Below are positions 36,325-50,473 of a stretch of DNA of 64,000 nt, piece by piece. The position numbers and the translations under genes are program-made. Where the stretch lies: assembly GCA_964016885.1 (NCBI GenBank), contig OZ024747.1, positions 78,988,001 to 79,052,000 of the forward strand, given 5' to 3'. The notes under the pieces are model-generated. The model ran no database searches. It was not told the origin of the DNA and saw only the letters and a list, made by a program, of their open reading frames with translations. This DNA comes from Eledone cirrhosa. Taxonomy: Eukaryota. Each line of letters opens with the position of its first letter. The first letter of the stretch is position 1.

Positions 36325-39300
36325 ACACAATAATACAAGGACACAGATAAAAGTCAAGGTTCACACACACCCATACACATGACATCTACACTCTTGAAGG
36401 GTTCATTTATTCTAAGCATAAATCTATACAAATGAGATTTATGCTGGACTGATAATTGTCAGGTTCTGGCCAAAGAATTTTTTACATCAATGGGTTATTG
36501 ACACCTGTCGAATCAATTAATGGTGAAGGAGGTAGAATTTGCAACAATAGCATCATATATGTATAAACATACATATACGGATAGTATATGTGAATATTTA
36601 CGCACACACACATACATACATATAATCACTAAGCCAGATATCTATATCTACATACACAGACATGCGTATATATACACTAATTCGCATGGATACAGTCTCA
36701 AGAAGTACATTAACACCAAAATATCAATAATTTGTACACCAAAACAGATTATGCTCCTAACAAAATTAAGATTAACAACCAACAATACAACCAACAGCAC
36801 AATTGCTATCTTTTGAAGTAAATATCACATAAATCTTAGGACAGCATATCTTCAATTGAAACGGAGTGCAAGATGCTCGCAGTTAAACTCCATATAATAG
36901 ATCTGCACAGATAAAGCTGACCTTAGCTATATTATATATATATAATAATAACAATAATAATATTAACAACTACCAAGAAAAGAAAACTATGCAGTTGAAA
37001 TCGAACAAAGATTGTATTGATGTGCTAATTAGGAGCAAATTACATTTCAATACCAATATCAAAGTTTCTGCATGAATCATATACCTATTTTTGGAGAGAA
37101 AAATAAACATGGTCTGAGAGAGGTTAATAATATTTGGAAGAAATATCTAATAACTAAATAAGCCTTCATATTTCAATAGCATCATCATCACAATCATTTT
37201 ACATCCATTTTCTATGCTGGCGTAGATCAGATGGATTCCCATGGTCAAAGATGAGAGGTCAGATAACTCTGCCTTGTTTATACTTCCCATATTTTGGTAT
37301 GGTTTTTATGGCTGGTTGTCCTTCCTTATGTCAACCACTATTACTTTAAAAAAAAAAAAAAAATCTACAGTAACTCTATTGAGATGTAAAACTTGAATTT
37401 TAAAAGGTTTTACATTTTTTTAGTTGATAAGTTCTATACTACATAAGTAACTAAGATTAACTATTATGTCTCCAATTTATGAAACACTCTATAGTCTATA
37501 TCTCCTACAAAATAAATTTAAATAGTGACCACACAACATATTCATTACACAACCAACAACAATGGTTCAGGGATTTCTATCCTGTACCCTCTACAGTGGT
37601 ATTTTTTGTCTTCTTTTTAACTGTTTATTCAGGGAAGTAGGGACAGTCCCCCTGACCCTTTTCAGAGCCACCAAGACTGGAGGGCAGGCAGAAGGATGAT
37701 ATCCTCAAACCAGAGACCTCGATCAAATGATTGTAACAAACTGTGATAAAAACACTGAAGGGTCATGTAGTGTTGTTAAATTGATCAAAAGATTAATTGT
37801 ACCCTCCAAGTAGGCTACAGTAGCATTTGAACTCAGAACTCAAACAAAAAGCAAGAACAAATACAGCAAGGCATCTTATCTGATATTAACAAATCTGTTA
37901 ATCCACCACTCTGGACTAGTACTTTATTTTATTCACTCTGAAATGATGAAAGGAAATATTGACCCCAGCGAGATATGAATTCAGAGCACAGCCAAACCCA
38001 ATTGCTGCCTGATGACTCAAGAAATCTACTCCATATATGTCAGGCTAGTAACCCATAGATGACTGTCAGCTTCTCTAGTGGCTTTGGCTGTTCAATATCA
38101 GATCCCACCAACATTGTTTTTATATACATTCAATTAAATTTTAGATCTAAACAGAAGATTCAAATTAAATATTGTTAAACAATTAATCCAATTATCTAAC
38201 ATTTCTGTTAGCTTATGAACTCTTTTATTACTATATTTCTAACGAAAGACACTGCCTATACTTTTCAAATCATTTTTAAAATAATCAATATTTTGGAGAG
38301 ATTTAATAATATAACTAATTTTCTCATTAGTAAGCTAGTAAAATGATGGTGATGATGATGATGATGTTTGGATCATAACAAAAGTTCTTTCATAAAATTA
38401 TGATGGAAGGTTTTTAGATAAATATAAAGTAAATAGCTTTCCATCAAAGAACCAGGAGTGGTTTCAAGCAGGTTAATATCAAAAGGGTTTGAAAGACACT
38501 TTGATACAAAGAACTGTCCCAAATGAAAATATATAGAAACAAACAACCACAAAAGAAAGGCAGAGCAGCCATCCACCCATTGCTATTACTTCCCAATAAA
38601 ATTTTCAAAATCTACTTTGGACAATCTATTTGTTTGCTTTTTGGATTCCTTCCAAATGTATAGTATGTTATGTAGAATATTTTATTGTTGTTGTTATTAT
38701 TTGAGCTGATTTTAGGGAGATGGTTGTTCTTAAACCATAGATTGCCAAGTGAATAATGTAGTTGTTATAGTGGTTGTGATTGCAGCAGTATTGATATTAA
38801 TAGACAAGTATTGATATTAATAGACAAGTCTATTTTAGGTTTGATGAGTTTGATAACTAGCTTGTATTGGGTCTTTGACACAGAAATATGTATTGTTGAT
38901 CTTTTTATATATTTTGAGATTAGTGTGAATTTAGGAATTTTTTGACAACTAGTACATTCTATTGGGATGATCCGAACATATACATGTGTATATAACATTT
39001 TTTCAAACAAAAGCATATTTTAGCAAGATATTTCATAGAACCCACTATCCTAAATACACAATAACATTACTATAATCTATCAGGAACCAGCCCTATTGCA
39101 AAGCTAGAAAACTGATTGGAAATATAAAGAAATTGAGTAAATTTTCAAATTATTTTTATAAAATTTATTTTTAGAAGTGACTGTAATTCTTTCCAGGGTG
39201 ATAATGGTTCTGGCAGTGATCATGGTTAACAGAAACAGAATGGTTGATGGGCATCTATCATCATATTTAAGTTGGTAGAGGTGTTTGTGGTAGTGGTGAC

Positions 39301-39344
39301 ACTCCTTATTGCAGTCTTTGCAATAATAAAGGTAATTAATAATC

Positions 39345-39555
39345 ATTTCTAATTTAGGCACAAGGTCAGCAATTTGTGGAGATAGGAAAGTTGATTATAC
39401 TGACCCCAGTACTTGATTAGTACTTTATTTTATTGACCCTGGGATGATGAAAAGCAAAGTTGATCTCGATGGGAATTGAACTAAGTACATAAAGAACTAG
39501 TTGCCTTAAATCACATGGGCTGATGCTCCAATAGTTCTGCCAACCCATCGCCCTT
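39345..39555 (-). mobile_element. Nin/Deu-domain tRNA SINE
   Basis: Minus strand ctttgcttttcatcatcccagggtcaataaaataaagtactaatcaagtactggggtc...ccttgtgcctaaattagaaatg. Confidence 0.8.
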
Positions 39556-39705
39556 AATGGAAAATTAGTTGTCAATTACTTATGTTGAGTTGAGTCACAT
39601 TTCAGTATAAATGTAATAATTAAATCAGTAATAAAATTATATAATATACACTTTATTGTTTGTGTTTTTGTTATGTGTGTGACCAACACCAACCTGCCCC
39701 CTCAA

Positions 39706-39764
39706 TCCATGGAAAAATTGTCTTGCATGACACCGGTTTGTGGCACAAAAAGGTTGGGGACCGC
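39706..39764. mobile_element. hAT-Charlie terminal fragment (MER1/Charlie3-like end)
   Basis: tccatggaaaaattgtcttgcatgacaccggtttgtggcacaaaaaggttggggaccgc; the other TIR was not found. Confidence 0.65.
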
Positions 39765-40885
39765 AACTCTAAAGCACCCGATATTATTGCACTTATTTCT
39801 CAACTAAACTGATCAGCAATCATGTTTTGATTCCTAGTTTGAATTATTTCATTTACTTTGCTTTGCTCCTAGGAAAGCCATGAATGCCTCAAATTCCTGC
39901 TTATAAACCATTATAAATATAGATGTTTCAATAAGAAATCATCATTGTTGTCATCATTTTATGTCTATTTTCCATGCTGGATAGGTTGTCCTGATCCAAG
40001 ACTAAACAGTTCAGGGAACCAGATAGTGCTACATTCATTTGATTTTTTGGCATGTATACTGGGGGCATTTTATCATGGCACTAGCATTACCACTTTACAG
40101 AGTGTACTAAGGGCATCTTATCATGGTACCAACACTAAATCAACACATTCTATTAAGAGCAGAAGCTGAATTTTTGAAATGAATACTCTAGAAGATTTGA
40201 AATACATCTGACTAAAATGTAAAATACTTTTGATGCTGTATAATACTTATATTTTCATCAAATTAGTGAAACAAATGTAATAACACTTCCAATTCATACA
40301 TAGGATTCGTATTATGTGATTCATTAAATTATAGAAACATCCATAATAGTACATTGAAATATAAGAATTTATAGAACCAACCAACTTGTCTTAGTTTAAA
40401 ACTAATCATTAAAAGCAAATTATAATAAACTTGCACAACCATTTGCAGCACAGCATGAAAAAATACAGATAAATATGCATGTATGATTTTACTGTTGTCT
40501 AGATGTCATTTTACTAATTTATGCCTGTGCATTTTAATATGTATTTAACATTTTATTGTGAATGGCGTCACTATTTAGTAGTGTTTCTAAAAAAAAAATA
40601 TTCTATTTTCTCCATCCAATACAAAATTATATTCCAAAAAGCTCCCTACTTCTCGTCAGAAGTGTAAGGAATTATTGATTATAACTGTTTCACTGCAGAG
40701 TTATATGAATTGCTTGCATAAAGGGCTATTGGAAAGGAAGACAGACTTCAGTTGAATTCCAGATTAGACTATAGAAGAATTGATTTGTGTTGCAATATAA
40801 TTTCAATGCTGTTTGCCACAATTGGTATTTTACCAGCATCAGGCATTTTGTTCTATAGTTACTAGTAAACCCCTCTTCAAGTATC

Positions 40886-40928
<43 letters not shown>

Positions 40929-41795
40929 CAAAGAATATACTCCAAAGATCAATATAGATTTTATCTTGTAATTGTCATTATATTCTAAACAAAATAGTAA
41001 ACAAAATTTGACTGTATACTCACTTCTTTAGTATGTGTATATATATATACTGCATTTTATATAACATACTAAGTTAAAATATGCTTGTTTTAATTAGTTT
41101 TAGTTTTATTATTAAATTTTAGCATATATATAAAATGAAAAACTGATTGTAAATACAATTAGGAGGCCAGTTATGATGGCCAATTCTCTGTACATGCATC
41201 CCTTTCTTATTTTGGTATAAAAACAAACTGACAAACAAACAAAACTGATTCTGCCCTGCAGTTAAAGAGAGGCCAAGCAAGCAATTGCCAGATATTACTT
41301 CCAAACATTTAACACAGATGAATCCAAAGACCCAGTCTCTGGATATATGATAGCACTATTATAAATAAATACAAGCACCAAACTGAACAATATACATCCG
41401 CAGAAGCTAATTATTATCCTAAACTTACAACAAACTAATTAATCCGTTACTTCACTCTTCTATTAACAGAGTTTAATAGATTTCATTAAATTTCTCTGTC
41501 AACATTGTCTTGGTGGATATTTAGAGTTATTTTTAGCAGTGTTCTCATTAGTAATTACATTGTTATTGCCTGAAATAACTAATTATTCATGTATTGGATA
41601 GTTTATAAAATAGCGGTAGGAGATTAATAGGCTAAGATATGCTCTTCATTTTCTTCTGTCTATCTATTTATCTACAACCACATGTAGTAGTAACTACATG
41701 TGGTTTTTGCATCCCTTTCTTTCCCTACTTGCCATTTCTTTTTACTCTCATTGGTCTTTTTCTCATACATCCTCTCCTTTCTGTGTTTCTATCTT

Positions 41796-41820
41796 CTGAT
41801 GAAGGACTAGCATCCAAAAC
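41796..41820 (+). ncRNA. Degenerate hammerhead-like core (Penelope pLTR relic)
   Basis: CTGATGA-agga ctagca tcc-AAAAC; the expected CGAAAC appears as CAAAAC, consistent with CpG decay; preceded by a pyrimidine-rich tract. Confidence 0.4.
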
Positions 41821-42669
41821 ATTATGGCTCTTTTCTAGCTCTATTAAATGTTATACTAATATACCATTATCATGTTCTGTTAGGAAAGGCATCCATTTTT
41901 GTTGTGTGTGTGTAATTTTATTTGGGTGGGGAAGGAGATTAAGAAACATTTCGTACTTGAACCCTGTTGTATTTGTTTCATAAAATTAACAATACCATAT
42001 ATTGGAAATGTAAAGTGGTGAAACTGGTGCCATGATAAAAATGCACACAGTACACTCTGTAAAGTCATAGTGTTGGAGCCTTAGTAAAATCCATCCAGTT
42101 CACTCTCTAAAGTGGTAGTATTGGTGCCATAGTAAAATGTACATAATCCACTCTATAAAGTGATAGTGTTGGTGCTGTAGTAACATCCACCCAGTTCACA
42201 CTGGAAAGTGTTTAGCATCAGGAAGGGTATCCAGCCATAGAAACCATTGCAGAATGGGACGTATGAGCAAGACATAGTCATCTGACATGTCTAGTTTCCG
42301 AACATGACAACCCATCCAACCCAAGTCAGCATAGAAAACAAGTGATGATGATGAGGATGACATTCCCACAAATCAACTTAAATAAAACTAATTCCTGAAT
42401 TTAAAATAGTTGATTATAAATTGTATATTGATCAGTTGATCAATTCTCTGTTACCTGCCAATGACACATTTCATCTCAAAATTCTCGTATTGTTTTTACA
42501 TTAGTCTAATCAGTTCTTTAACTTTACTGTTCCCTACTCTTCTTTAAGCAAACTAGACCTCATGTCTTCTCATATATCTCTTTACAGTCAACAATCAATG
42601 CTTTTCACTAATTTATCTTGAACGTTATCTTGTAACAAAATGTTTTGTGTTGGATCTTTTTGTTTGTTG

Positions 42670-42701
<32 letters not shown>

Positions 42702-43618
42702 AGTCCTAAAAAAAATCTCCAAATTTAAATTGGTATCAGTAGATTTTCTCCCCATCTTAATGTCGTCAGCTTGTCACTTCCTTTTAAATATTGTGAAATA
42801 AAAATAAAATAAACCAAAATAAAAATTAGGGTAATAAACAGTCTTAATGCCCAGAAAGAAAATTTCCAAGAAAGTTTAGCAAGTGTTTGGAAAGAAATGT
42901 ATTTCTTTTTAATAGTTTCCAGATGAAATGGAATTTGTTAACTTCAAGATCCTCAATGAAAAATTATTTTTACTGGAGGTAAAAAAAAACTAAGAACCTA
43001 AAATATCATATTCACAAATTTCATATAGTTTAAAATGAGTTTTAGTTTCACTTCTCTGGTTTTTAGTTTGTTAAAAAAAAAAAACAAGATGACAATCTAA
43101 TATACAGAATGTAGGGTTTTCCGAAGCAGATTCTTTTTTTAGTCACTCAAATGTAAAGCACAATATTTGAACAAATTTCCTAGGAATCTTATCACATTAT
43201 CATAAGCATTTCCTAATTACTCTGAGCAATACATTTATCTGTCTCCATTTTCAATGAGAATAGGCACAGCTTTGTTGTTAATAGCAATATAGAGAAATAT
43301 CATCATAAATAATTCAGCAACATTTAGTATTTAAGATTTTGAAATACATTTAATTTCAAGTTAAAGAACTTCAAATCTGTCTCAAGCCTAGACGCTCAAC
43401 AGGCTGGAGCTTATTTACTTCCATTGGTGTCAAGTGACAAAGTACAAGAACCCTACCACCTGGATGAGACACCAGTCAATCACAGGGTTAGTCTACAGCT
43501 GCTGGTACAAATTTTAGCTACATGAAAGGGAGCAACCTGAAATGAAGTAATGTCTCTTTGATAGCTTTTGACATACTTCAATGTTTCAAAGAATTCAAAC
43601 TTTCTTAAATTTGGTGTT

Positions 43619-43842
43619 TAACACTTTTGATATCAGCCTGCCCCAAATTAGGTCTAGTTCTATGAAAAAAACCCACCCATTTTAAAAGGTTTTTTATTTA
43701 AATTAAAACCTTTCAACATAATCTTATATAAGAACCATATGTTAAGTTACATTCTTAGCAATAAAACAATTTAAGTAAATCCTTCAACATTTTTCATTAA
43801 TTGAAATAGAGTGTATCTCATTATGGTCACAAAAGGGTTAAC
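43619..43842. mobile_element. piggyBac-like MITE, family A
   Basis: ttaacacttttgatatcagcc...tggtcacaaaagggttaa. Confidence 0.8.
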
Positions 43843-44757
43843 TCACAAGAGAAATTTCAGCAGTTGGAACATAATATACTAAGCAGGGTAGTATATTAAT
43901 TTATTCATTTATGAAGTTAGGTCAGATTTACTTGTACTAATTTTCTGAAAAGTGGTATGAATATTATAACTTCTTATGTCTCTCTGAGAAATCAGTTTTA
44001 TATTTTAAATCTTAATAGCCAACCTAGTACATGGGTATTTAGTATTCTAGGCTAACCTATAATGTGCAGCTCCTTCACTGAGTTATGCACTTAATTCTGT
44101 CAAATAAAATAATTCCAGCTAATAAGCTGATGAACTTAGGTTTTGACACTTCTCATTCAGATTACACTAAAAGATTACTAAGCCTGCATTTTCTACTACA
44201 CAATCCACTCTCACTCCTGCTAAATCATGTAACAGGTCATAAAACCAGACAATCTTCTCGCTCACTGTAGATATTTTTACAATGCTGTAACTATTTTCAG
44301 TGACTTATTGGCCTAATGGTAGCACTGACCCTGACTTGTAGCTTTTATGAGAAATAATATAAAAAAAGATGGAGTAAAGAAAAAAATTATAATCTTGTTT
44401 CATAAAGTATTTAAAACATTACCTGATATTAAAAGATTAAGTTTTGAAATTTGACACCATAATAATAATAATGAAAATCATAATTTTTACATTAAGCACC
44501 AGCCCAGCAATTTGGGGGCGTGGGGGAAAGCCAATTATATCAACCCTATGTTATGCCAGCATGGATAGGAAGAAACTTTTGAAGCAGTTTTGGGGGGCCA
44601 GATGCCCTTCCTGATGTCAACTTATACATTATATATATACTATATACTGCTGACCTTATTTGAGCTACCACACTGCAGGGTGTATTATTTATGCTGGACA
44701 AAAACAAACTTCATTACTTGCTTTATGTGCTGTTTATATAAAGATTCATACAATAAA

Positions 44758-44821
<64 letters not shown>

Positions 44822-45949
44822 ATGGGCTTCTTTACATTTTCCATTGGCCAAATTAATTCTAAGGCATTGGTCAGTCTGGAGCTATAAAAGGAGACTCTTG
44901 ACTAAACTGACATCTAATGTGACGTATGGAACCTGAAATAAGGTGGTTGTGAAGTTAACTTCTTAATCACACAGCCATGTTTGTGTATATCATCATAATT
45001 GAATATCTTACAACTGACAGAGGGGAGATGGGTTGGATTCTACATCCTTTCAATTTTGGTGCCCAACACCCTCAAATATATTTTCTTTTTTTTTCATCTG
45101 CTTCTGACAAGAGACTGTTACACCTACCCCAAACGGTGTCACTCATTAATACAGATCCGGTAAAATAATTGGCATTAGAAAAGGTATCCAGCTGTCGAAC
45201 CCATGGTTGTCTTTAGCACTTTGGTAGATAGTTTGCATTAATTAAGTGTTATGGACAACAATCCTGCCTTTATTGTCTTGATTCAACAAAATAATATATA
45301 GAATTTTAAAAAAACAAATCAACAATATCTTATCTTACAAAAACAAATATTGTGACATAGATGAAATCATTACTTAAATATAATTCAGGTAGCAATAAAG
45401 GAAAGTTCTGCAGGGTTGTTGTTTTTTTTTAAACAACTGTTTATTCAAAGAGGGAAGAAAGTGGCAAATTGGCAAAGTCATTAAACCATCAGATTAAAAA
45501 TGGCATGGTATTTGTTCCAGCTCATAAAATTCCCATCATGTATCAGACATATGCTTTTATGACTCCATTGGGAGTTAAGGACCATTTATCTGACCATTGA
45601 GGTGAAAGGCAGTGCCCACAATACTTTTCAGTACCTCTGAGACTGGTGGAAGGGAGAGTCGTATCTAGAGTGGATTCCACACTAAAAGCACTTAAGGGTC
45701 AGGTGGTGGTTTCAAAGCATGTGATGGTTTAAATCACTCAAGTAGGACCACAGTAGACTTTGAACTCAGGATACAAAGAGCTGGAACCAATGCTCTAACA
45801 ATTACACCAATCCCCCACCCTAGACTGGTACTTAATCTATCTCAGAGATGAAAGTTAATCTTGACATGATTTCAACTCAGAATGTAGAGAGCTGTAACAA
45901 ATATTACAAAACACTTTACATTCTTGTGACACTAAACTCCGCCAGTTGC

Positions 45950-46130
45950 AGACTGCACATCAACATGTGATATCTCTCTCCACAAAGTTTGAACACCAGC
46001 AGCAGAGTTCAAAGAGCAAAGATCAAGTCCAGTCCATAAGTTGACATTATCAAGTCATCGTTTTGACTGCCGGCCTCTGCTTCTCTTACCAGCCAACCTT
46101 CCTTCCAGGCATAACCTACTCACACCACAA
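45950..46130 (-). mobile_element. RTE-type LINE C-terminal remnant (another family)
   Basis: LEGRLAGKRSRGRQSKR*LDNVNLWTGL. Confidence 0.7.
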
Positions 46131-47239
46131 GTTGATCTTTTTATATGACCGTATATTTTGACTTGACAATTGATGCAATTACACTCTCACAACTATGGGA
46201 GTTTCATTTCAATTGTAATTAGAAATGGTTTCACCTCACTATTTCCTATTTTCCCATTCACTATAATTCTAAGTATTTATGCCTAATAAAGGAATTATTA
46301 AAATGCTTAAAGTAAATTTCTTAATTTGTTTTTCAAAAATATCTCTGCAATGAGGGTCACGAAGTGGAATTTCTAACTTTTATGACATGAATTTTAATTA
46401 ATTCTAATTTTAAAATAGAATAACATTTATTGTATATATTTTCTTGATTAGAAATTATCATGAGATTGAGTAATGTTTACTTTTTTTAATTTTGTTAGTA
46501 AATATGTTTTAATTAGGTAAAAAGAAAAAAAAAGGACTGTATAAGCAAATCCAAATATAAGCTGACCCCTTATTTTATGTCTGAAAGATGGGAAGATCCA
46601 AACCCCAAGTAAAAGCTAAGGCAGCTAATCAACAAATTACATTTAGTTGCCATGGTTTTGTAAATTTCCATGAGTGGAAGATATTTTTATGAAGTTTTAA
46701 TATTTTGATATCTAAAATGTTTTTTTAAGCATTGTTTAAAGTATAGTTTTTATTTCACATTACAAAATGATTTTTTTTTTTACAATTTCAGCCATTTTAT
46801 AAAGTTTCAACAAGTTTTTCAAATTTCTGTATACTCGCTTTTAGCAAAACATGATAGCCTCATCTTGAAACAGGTTTTTATTTAACATAAAAACTGAATG
46901 CAAGGCATGCCTTAAAAAACTCGGAAATGATTTAACATGCTACAAGTCAATCCATTTTTCTGAAGTTATTCAAGCCTTATATAGTGAGCTTGATATCCGT
47001 ATATTGAACAGTAGGAAAATAAAAGCTTGTGCGAAAAAACTTTAATACATAAAATTCACAGAATAATTAAAACATGAAAAAATAAAGGTACATGATTGAT
47101 TCATTGGACTGTGTGAGTAATTGAGTATGTGCGTATATCTGTGACACTAGAATGAATATCCTCCACTTCCAACTAACTTACCTTCTGCCTAACAGACACT
47201 CTACCTGTGGGCAGTCAACTCCACTCTGATAGCAGTAAG

Positions 47240-47480
47240 CGAAGTCTTTACTGCTACAGGCTCTACCATAAACCTATCATTAGCAATCAGCCAATACTTA
47301 GACAGTTTGCCCTCTTGGCCTGGCAGCCAGCAGAGCCTGGACAGGTAGTTGAATGCACCAAGTTTCCACTAGAGAAAGTGTCTCAGCATGTAGCATCCCA
47401 GATGAGGGGCCTACTCCCATGTGAAACAGGAAGATTGTTATGCTGTCTGTCCGTTTGCCCTTCTCACAGTCCAGCCTCAC
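47240..47480 (-). pseudogene. CRE-type restriction-like endonuclease fragment
   Basis: Across two frameshifts: GKRTDSITIF / PLIWDATC*DTFSSGNL...PGSAGCQAKRA / KLSKY...DRFMVEPVAVKTS; matches the GKRPDG...WDATCxDT...KY pattern. Confidence 0.82.
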
Positions 47481-47524
47481 TTTATAATTGAAATGATCAA
47501 TAATGGGAACGACATCTAGTTTTG

Positions 47525-48866
47525 ATGCCGATGGGAACTTCTATACGCAGATGATCTAACGCTCATAGCTGAATCAATGGCTGAACTAGAGAAGAAATTT
47601 GAAACATGGAAGCATGGCCTAGAATCAAAAGGCCTTAAAATTAACTTGTCTAAGACTAAAGTTCTAATATGTAGGAAGGAGAATAGGGCACTGGTCCCAT
47701 CTGGGAAATGGCCATGCTCAGTGTGTAGGAAAGGAGTAGGCAGAAACTCCATTTTATGTCCCAAATGCAAAGTATGGGTGCATAAATGATGTAGTGGGAT
47801 CACAGGTAAGCTAACTAAGAATATGGATTTTATATGTGGCCGGTGCTCTGGTGCAATAAGTAGCAGCAAATGCCCACAGAATACTAGCTCATTCCATTGC
47901 CCAGATGGTTCTATAGAAATAGTGGACAGCTTCCGTTACCGTTACAGGTGGTGGAGGGTACTCCGAAAGTACTGTAAATAGAGCCAGAACGGGATGGAAA
48001 AAGTTCAGAGAGCTTATAGCACTATTGGCCGCTAAGGGTTTCTCTCTAAAAATGAAAGGCAGGCTGTATGATGCCTGCATACGAACAGCAATGTTACATG
48101 GCAGTGAGACATGGGCCTTGTGTGCAGAGGATCTACGCAGACTGGACAGGAATGAAGCTAGCATGCTCCGTTGGATGTGTAATAGTAATATACGCAAACA
48201 GCAAAGCATAAGTGAAGTGAGAAATTAGGAATAAGAGGGATCAGATGCTGTTTACTCGAGAGAAGACTACGTTGGTATGGTCACGTGATGCGCATGAAAG
48301 ACAACAGCTGTATAAAAAAAGTGCAGGGCGATCAAAATAGACGGTAGCTACGGAGTAGGCAGACCCAGAAAAACCTGGGATGACTTGATAAATTCCGACC
48401 TCACACACTTACACCTCTCCAAGACAATGTCACTGGACCGAGATCTTTGGTGCTACGCAGTAATACAGAAGACCCTCCTTGCCTAAGTACAAAGCGAAAC
48501 CTACAGTCAGTAGGCACCTCTTACCCAAAATACACCCCCGTCCCACTACCGCCATCTACACCACCCCTTTCGATGTAAAGCTATGTTGGTACCACAACAT
48601 CCAGTCCTAAATAAATGAGGTCGTGTAGGTGTCACAACAAAAAAACACATAGTCCACGCTGTAATGTGGCCGTGTAGGTAACACAGTAAAAACCTCCCAG
48701 TCCACACTGTAAACGTGGTTGGTGTTAGGAAGGGCATCCAGCCGTAGAAAACCTGCCAGACAGTCCCGAGCAAGACAACCAATCTTGCCTCAAGTGGGAC
48801 AATTCCCGTCCAGACCCATGCTAGCGTGGAAGATGGACATTAAACGATGATGATGATGATGATGAT
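47525..48866 (+). mobile_element. 5'-truncated RTE LINE with PHD finger
   Basis: WELLYADDLTLIAES...GLKINLSKTKVL...PHD...HGSETW...RLRWYGHVMR...GRPRKTWD with several lesions; (GAT)n tail. Confidence 0.95.
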
Positions 48867-48996
48867 GCACGTTTCTAAATTTACCATTAGTGATAAACAT
48901 TAATAGACAGTTCTTCAGAACAGCTTTATTCTACCACTTTCTCCCAGCACATTAAGCAATTGCTTAAAAATTCAGCAAAAACATATGCCCTATGAC

Positions 48997-49566
48997 CAAT
49001 GGCAGACTGGGTCTAAAAATATCGGGTGCCAGAAGATGAAGGGGGCCCACCAACATATAGAATGCTATCATTTAATTTTGATTTTGAAAGTAGGTTTATA
49101 ATTATTAATTTTCATTATACTTTTGTAGCTGTCTCAGTGGCTTAGTTGGAGGAATCGTAGTGGTGATCCTGGTCGGGAGTAAGGTTCCCAGTAAACCTTT
49201 TCAGTCTTTTTTTCTATGGGTTGTAAAATAAAAACTAAAAGACATTACATGTACTTCTTGACCAGGATTGAACCCAAGACCAGGATCTCAACTGTCTCTA
49301 GTACCTACCGCTAGGCCACTGAGACAACTACGAAAATCTTATGAAAATTCATACTTATAAACCTACTTTCAAAATTTTCAATAACAAAATGAAGTGATGT
49401 TGTTGACCAAATGCTTTGCTTAATTGTTTTATTTTATTTTTTTTTTTATTTATTCTCTCTCTTAGACTTCAGGTATTTTTTGAAAGCTAAGCATTGTCCC
49501 CTAAAATACTACAGTGGGCCCACTGGGGCCCGCTTGCCATTGGGCAACCTGGCAAGTCTGCCACTG
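48997..49566. mobile_element. Non-autonomous hAT transposon with a perfect 8-bp TSD and internal inverted tRNA-like heads
   Basis: TSD cctatgac at 48989-48996 and 49567-49574; TIRs caatggcagactgg / caagtctgccactg. Confidence 0.9.
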
Positions 49567-50274
49567 CCTATGACTAGTGTAGCTGAATCCCCATCAGAAA
49601 GGTAAAAGAAATAAATTGTATAAAATTCAACCAATCAATTAAATCAACCATTTCTCTCTCACTGCTGGGTAAAGACCTTTTATCTATATCTCCATAATTT
49701 TTAGCCTGATCTCCATTTTTTGTGATATTTGCAGACATTGGTGTACCATGATAGTACATGATAATACATTTCATGTTGGCACGGATATGCAGTCAATTTA
49801 ATCAACACCAGTACTTGACTGGTACTTTATTTTATCAAACCCTGAAGGATGAAAAGCAGAGTTAACTTTGGTGGAATATATATTCAGAATATAAAGAGCC
49901 AGAATGAATAACTTTTATATTTGTCTGGCACTAACAATTCTACCAATCCATTGCTTTACAGAAAATTACAAGGCATTTAAACTAAAGAACCAAGTAACGA
50001 AGGTAATAAAGATTCCTATCAAAAGCAAGATAGAGTTGTAGAGGAAAGGGTGCAGTTTGGATCTGTACCAGGAACAATAGATATGACGAGCGAGCCAACT
50101 GCCAGAAAGATTACTTAAGAACATTGTATTTATTACTGCGTGATAGAGTCATTTTAGCTAATTAAAAACACAAAAATTATATATATATGTAGAGGTTATA
50201 TTTAATTTGTTGGGATACAACAAGCAAAATACTTTATAACTGATATAAAGCACTCAACAAATTATTGGACTAAA

Positions 50275-50473
50275 TATACAATATATTAACAAATGGGAAC
50301 TATAAAACCATATTTATTTCATTATACATATTTGAAGGGTATGTCAATATTTATTTATAAAACTAACCTATATCATATTTTATCTGATGAAAGCGCACCA
50401 TAGTTTGCTCTGGTGGCCCTTGAAATATGTATAATGAAATAAATATAGTTTCCATTTGTTAATATATTGTATA
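50275..50473. repeat. Imperfect inverted repeat containing a degenerate hammerhead-like core
   Basis: Arms tacaatatattaacaaatgg...tatttatttcattatacatattt and aaatatgtataatgaaataaata...ccatttgttaatatattgta; core CTGATGA-aag...ctt-GAAA-tatg-TA starting at 50394; next to (TA)n. Confidence 0.6.

Noticed and set aside
38005-38045. Hammerhead core CTGATGA-ctcaa-GAAA
   Set aside because: Stems I and III do not pair convincingly.
49250-49335. Functional tRNA gene
   Set aside because: A and B boxes are present, but I could not form a full cloverleaf with an acceptor stem; the same applies to the SINE heads across the window.
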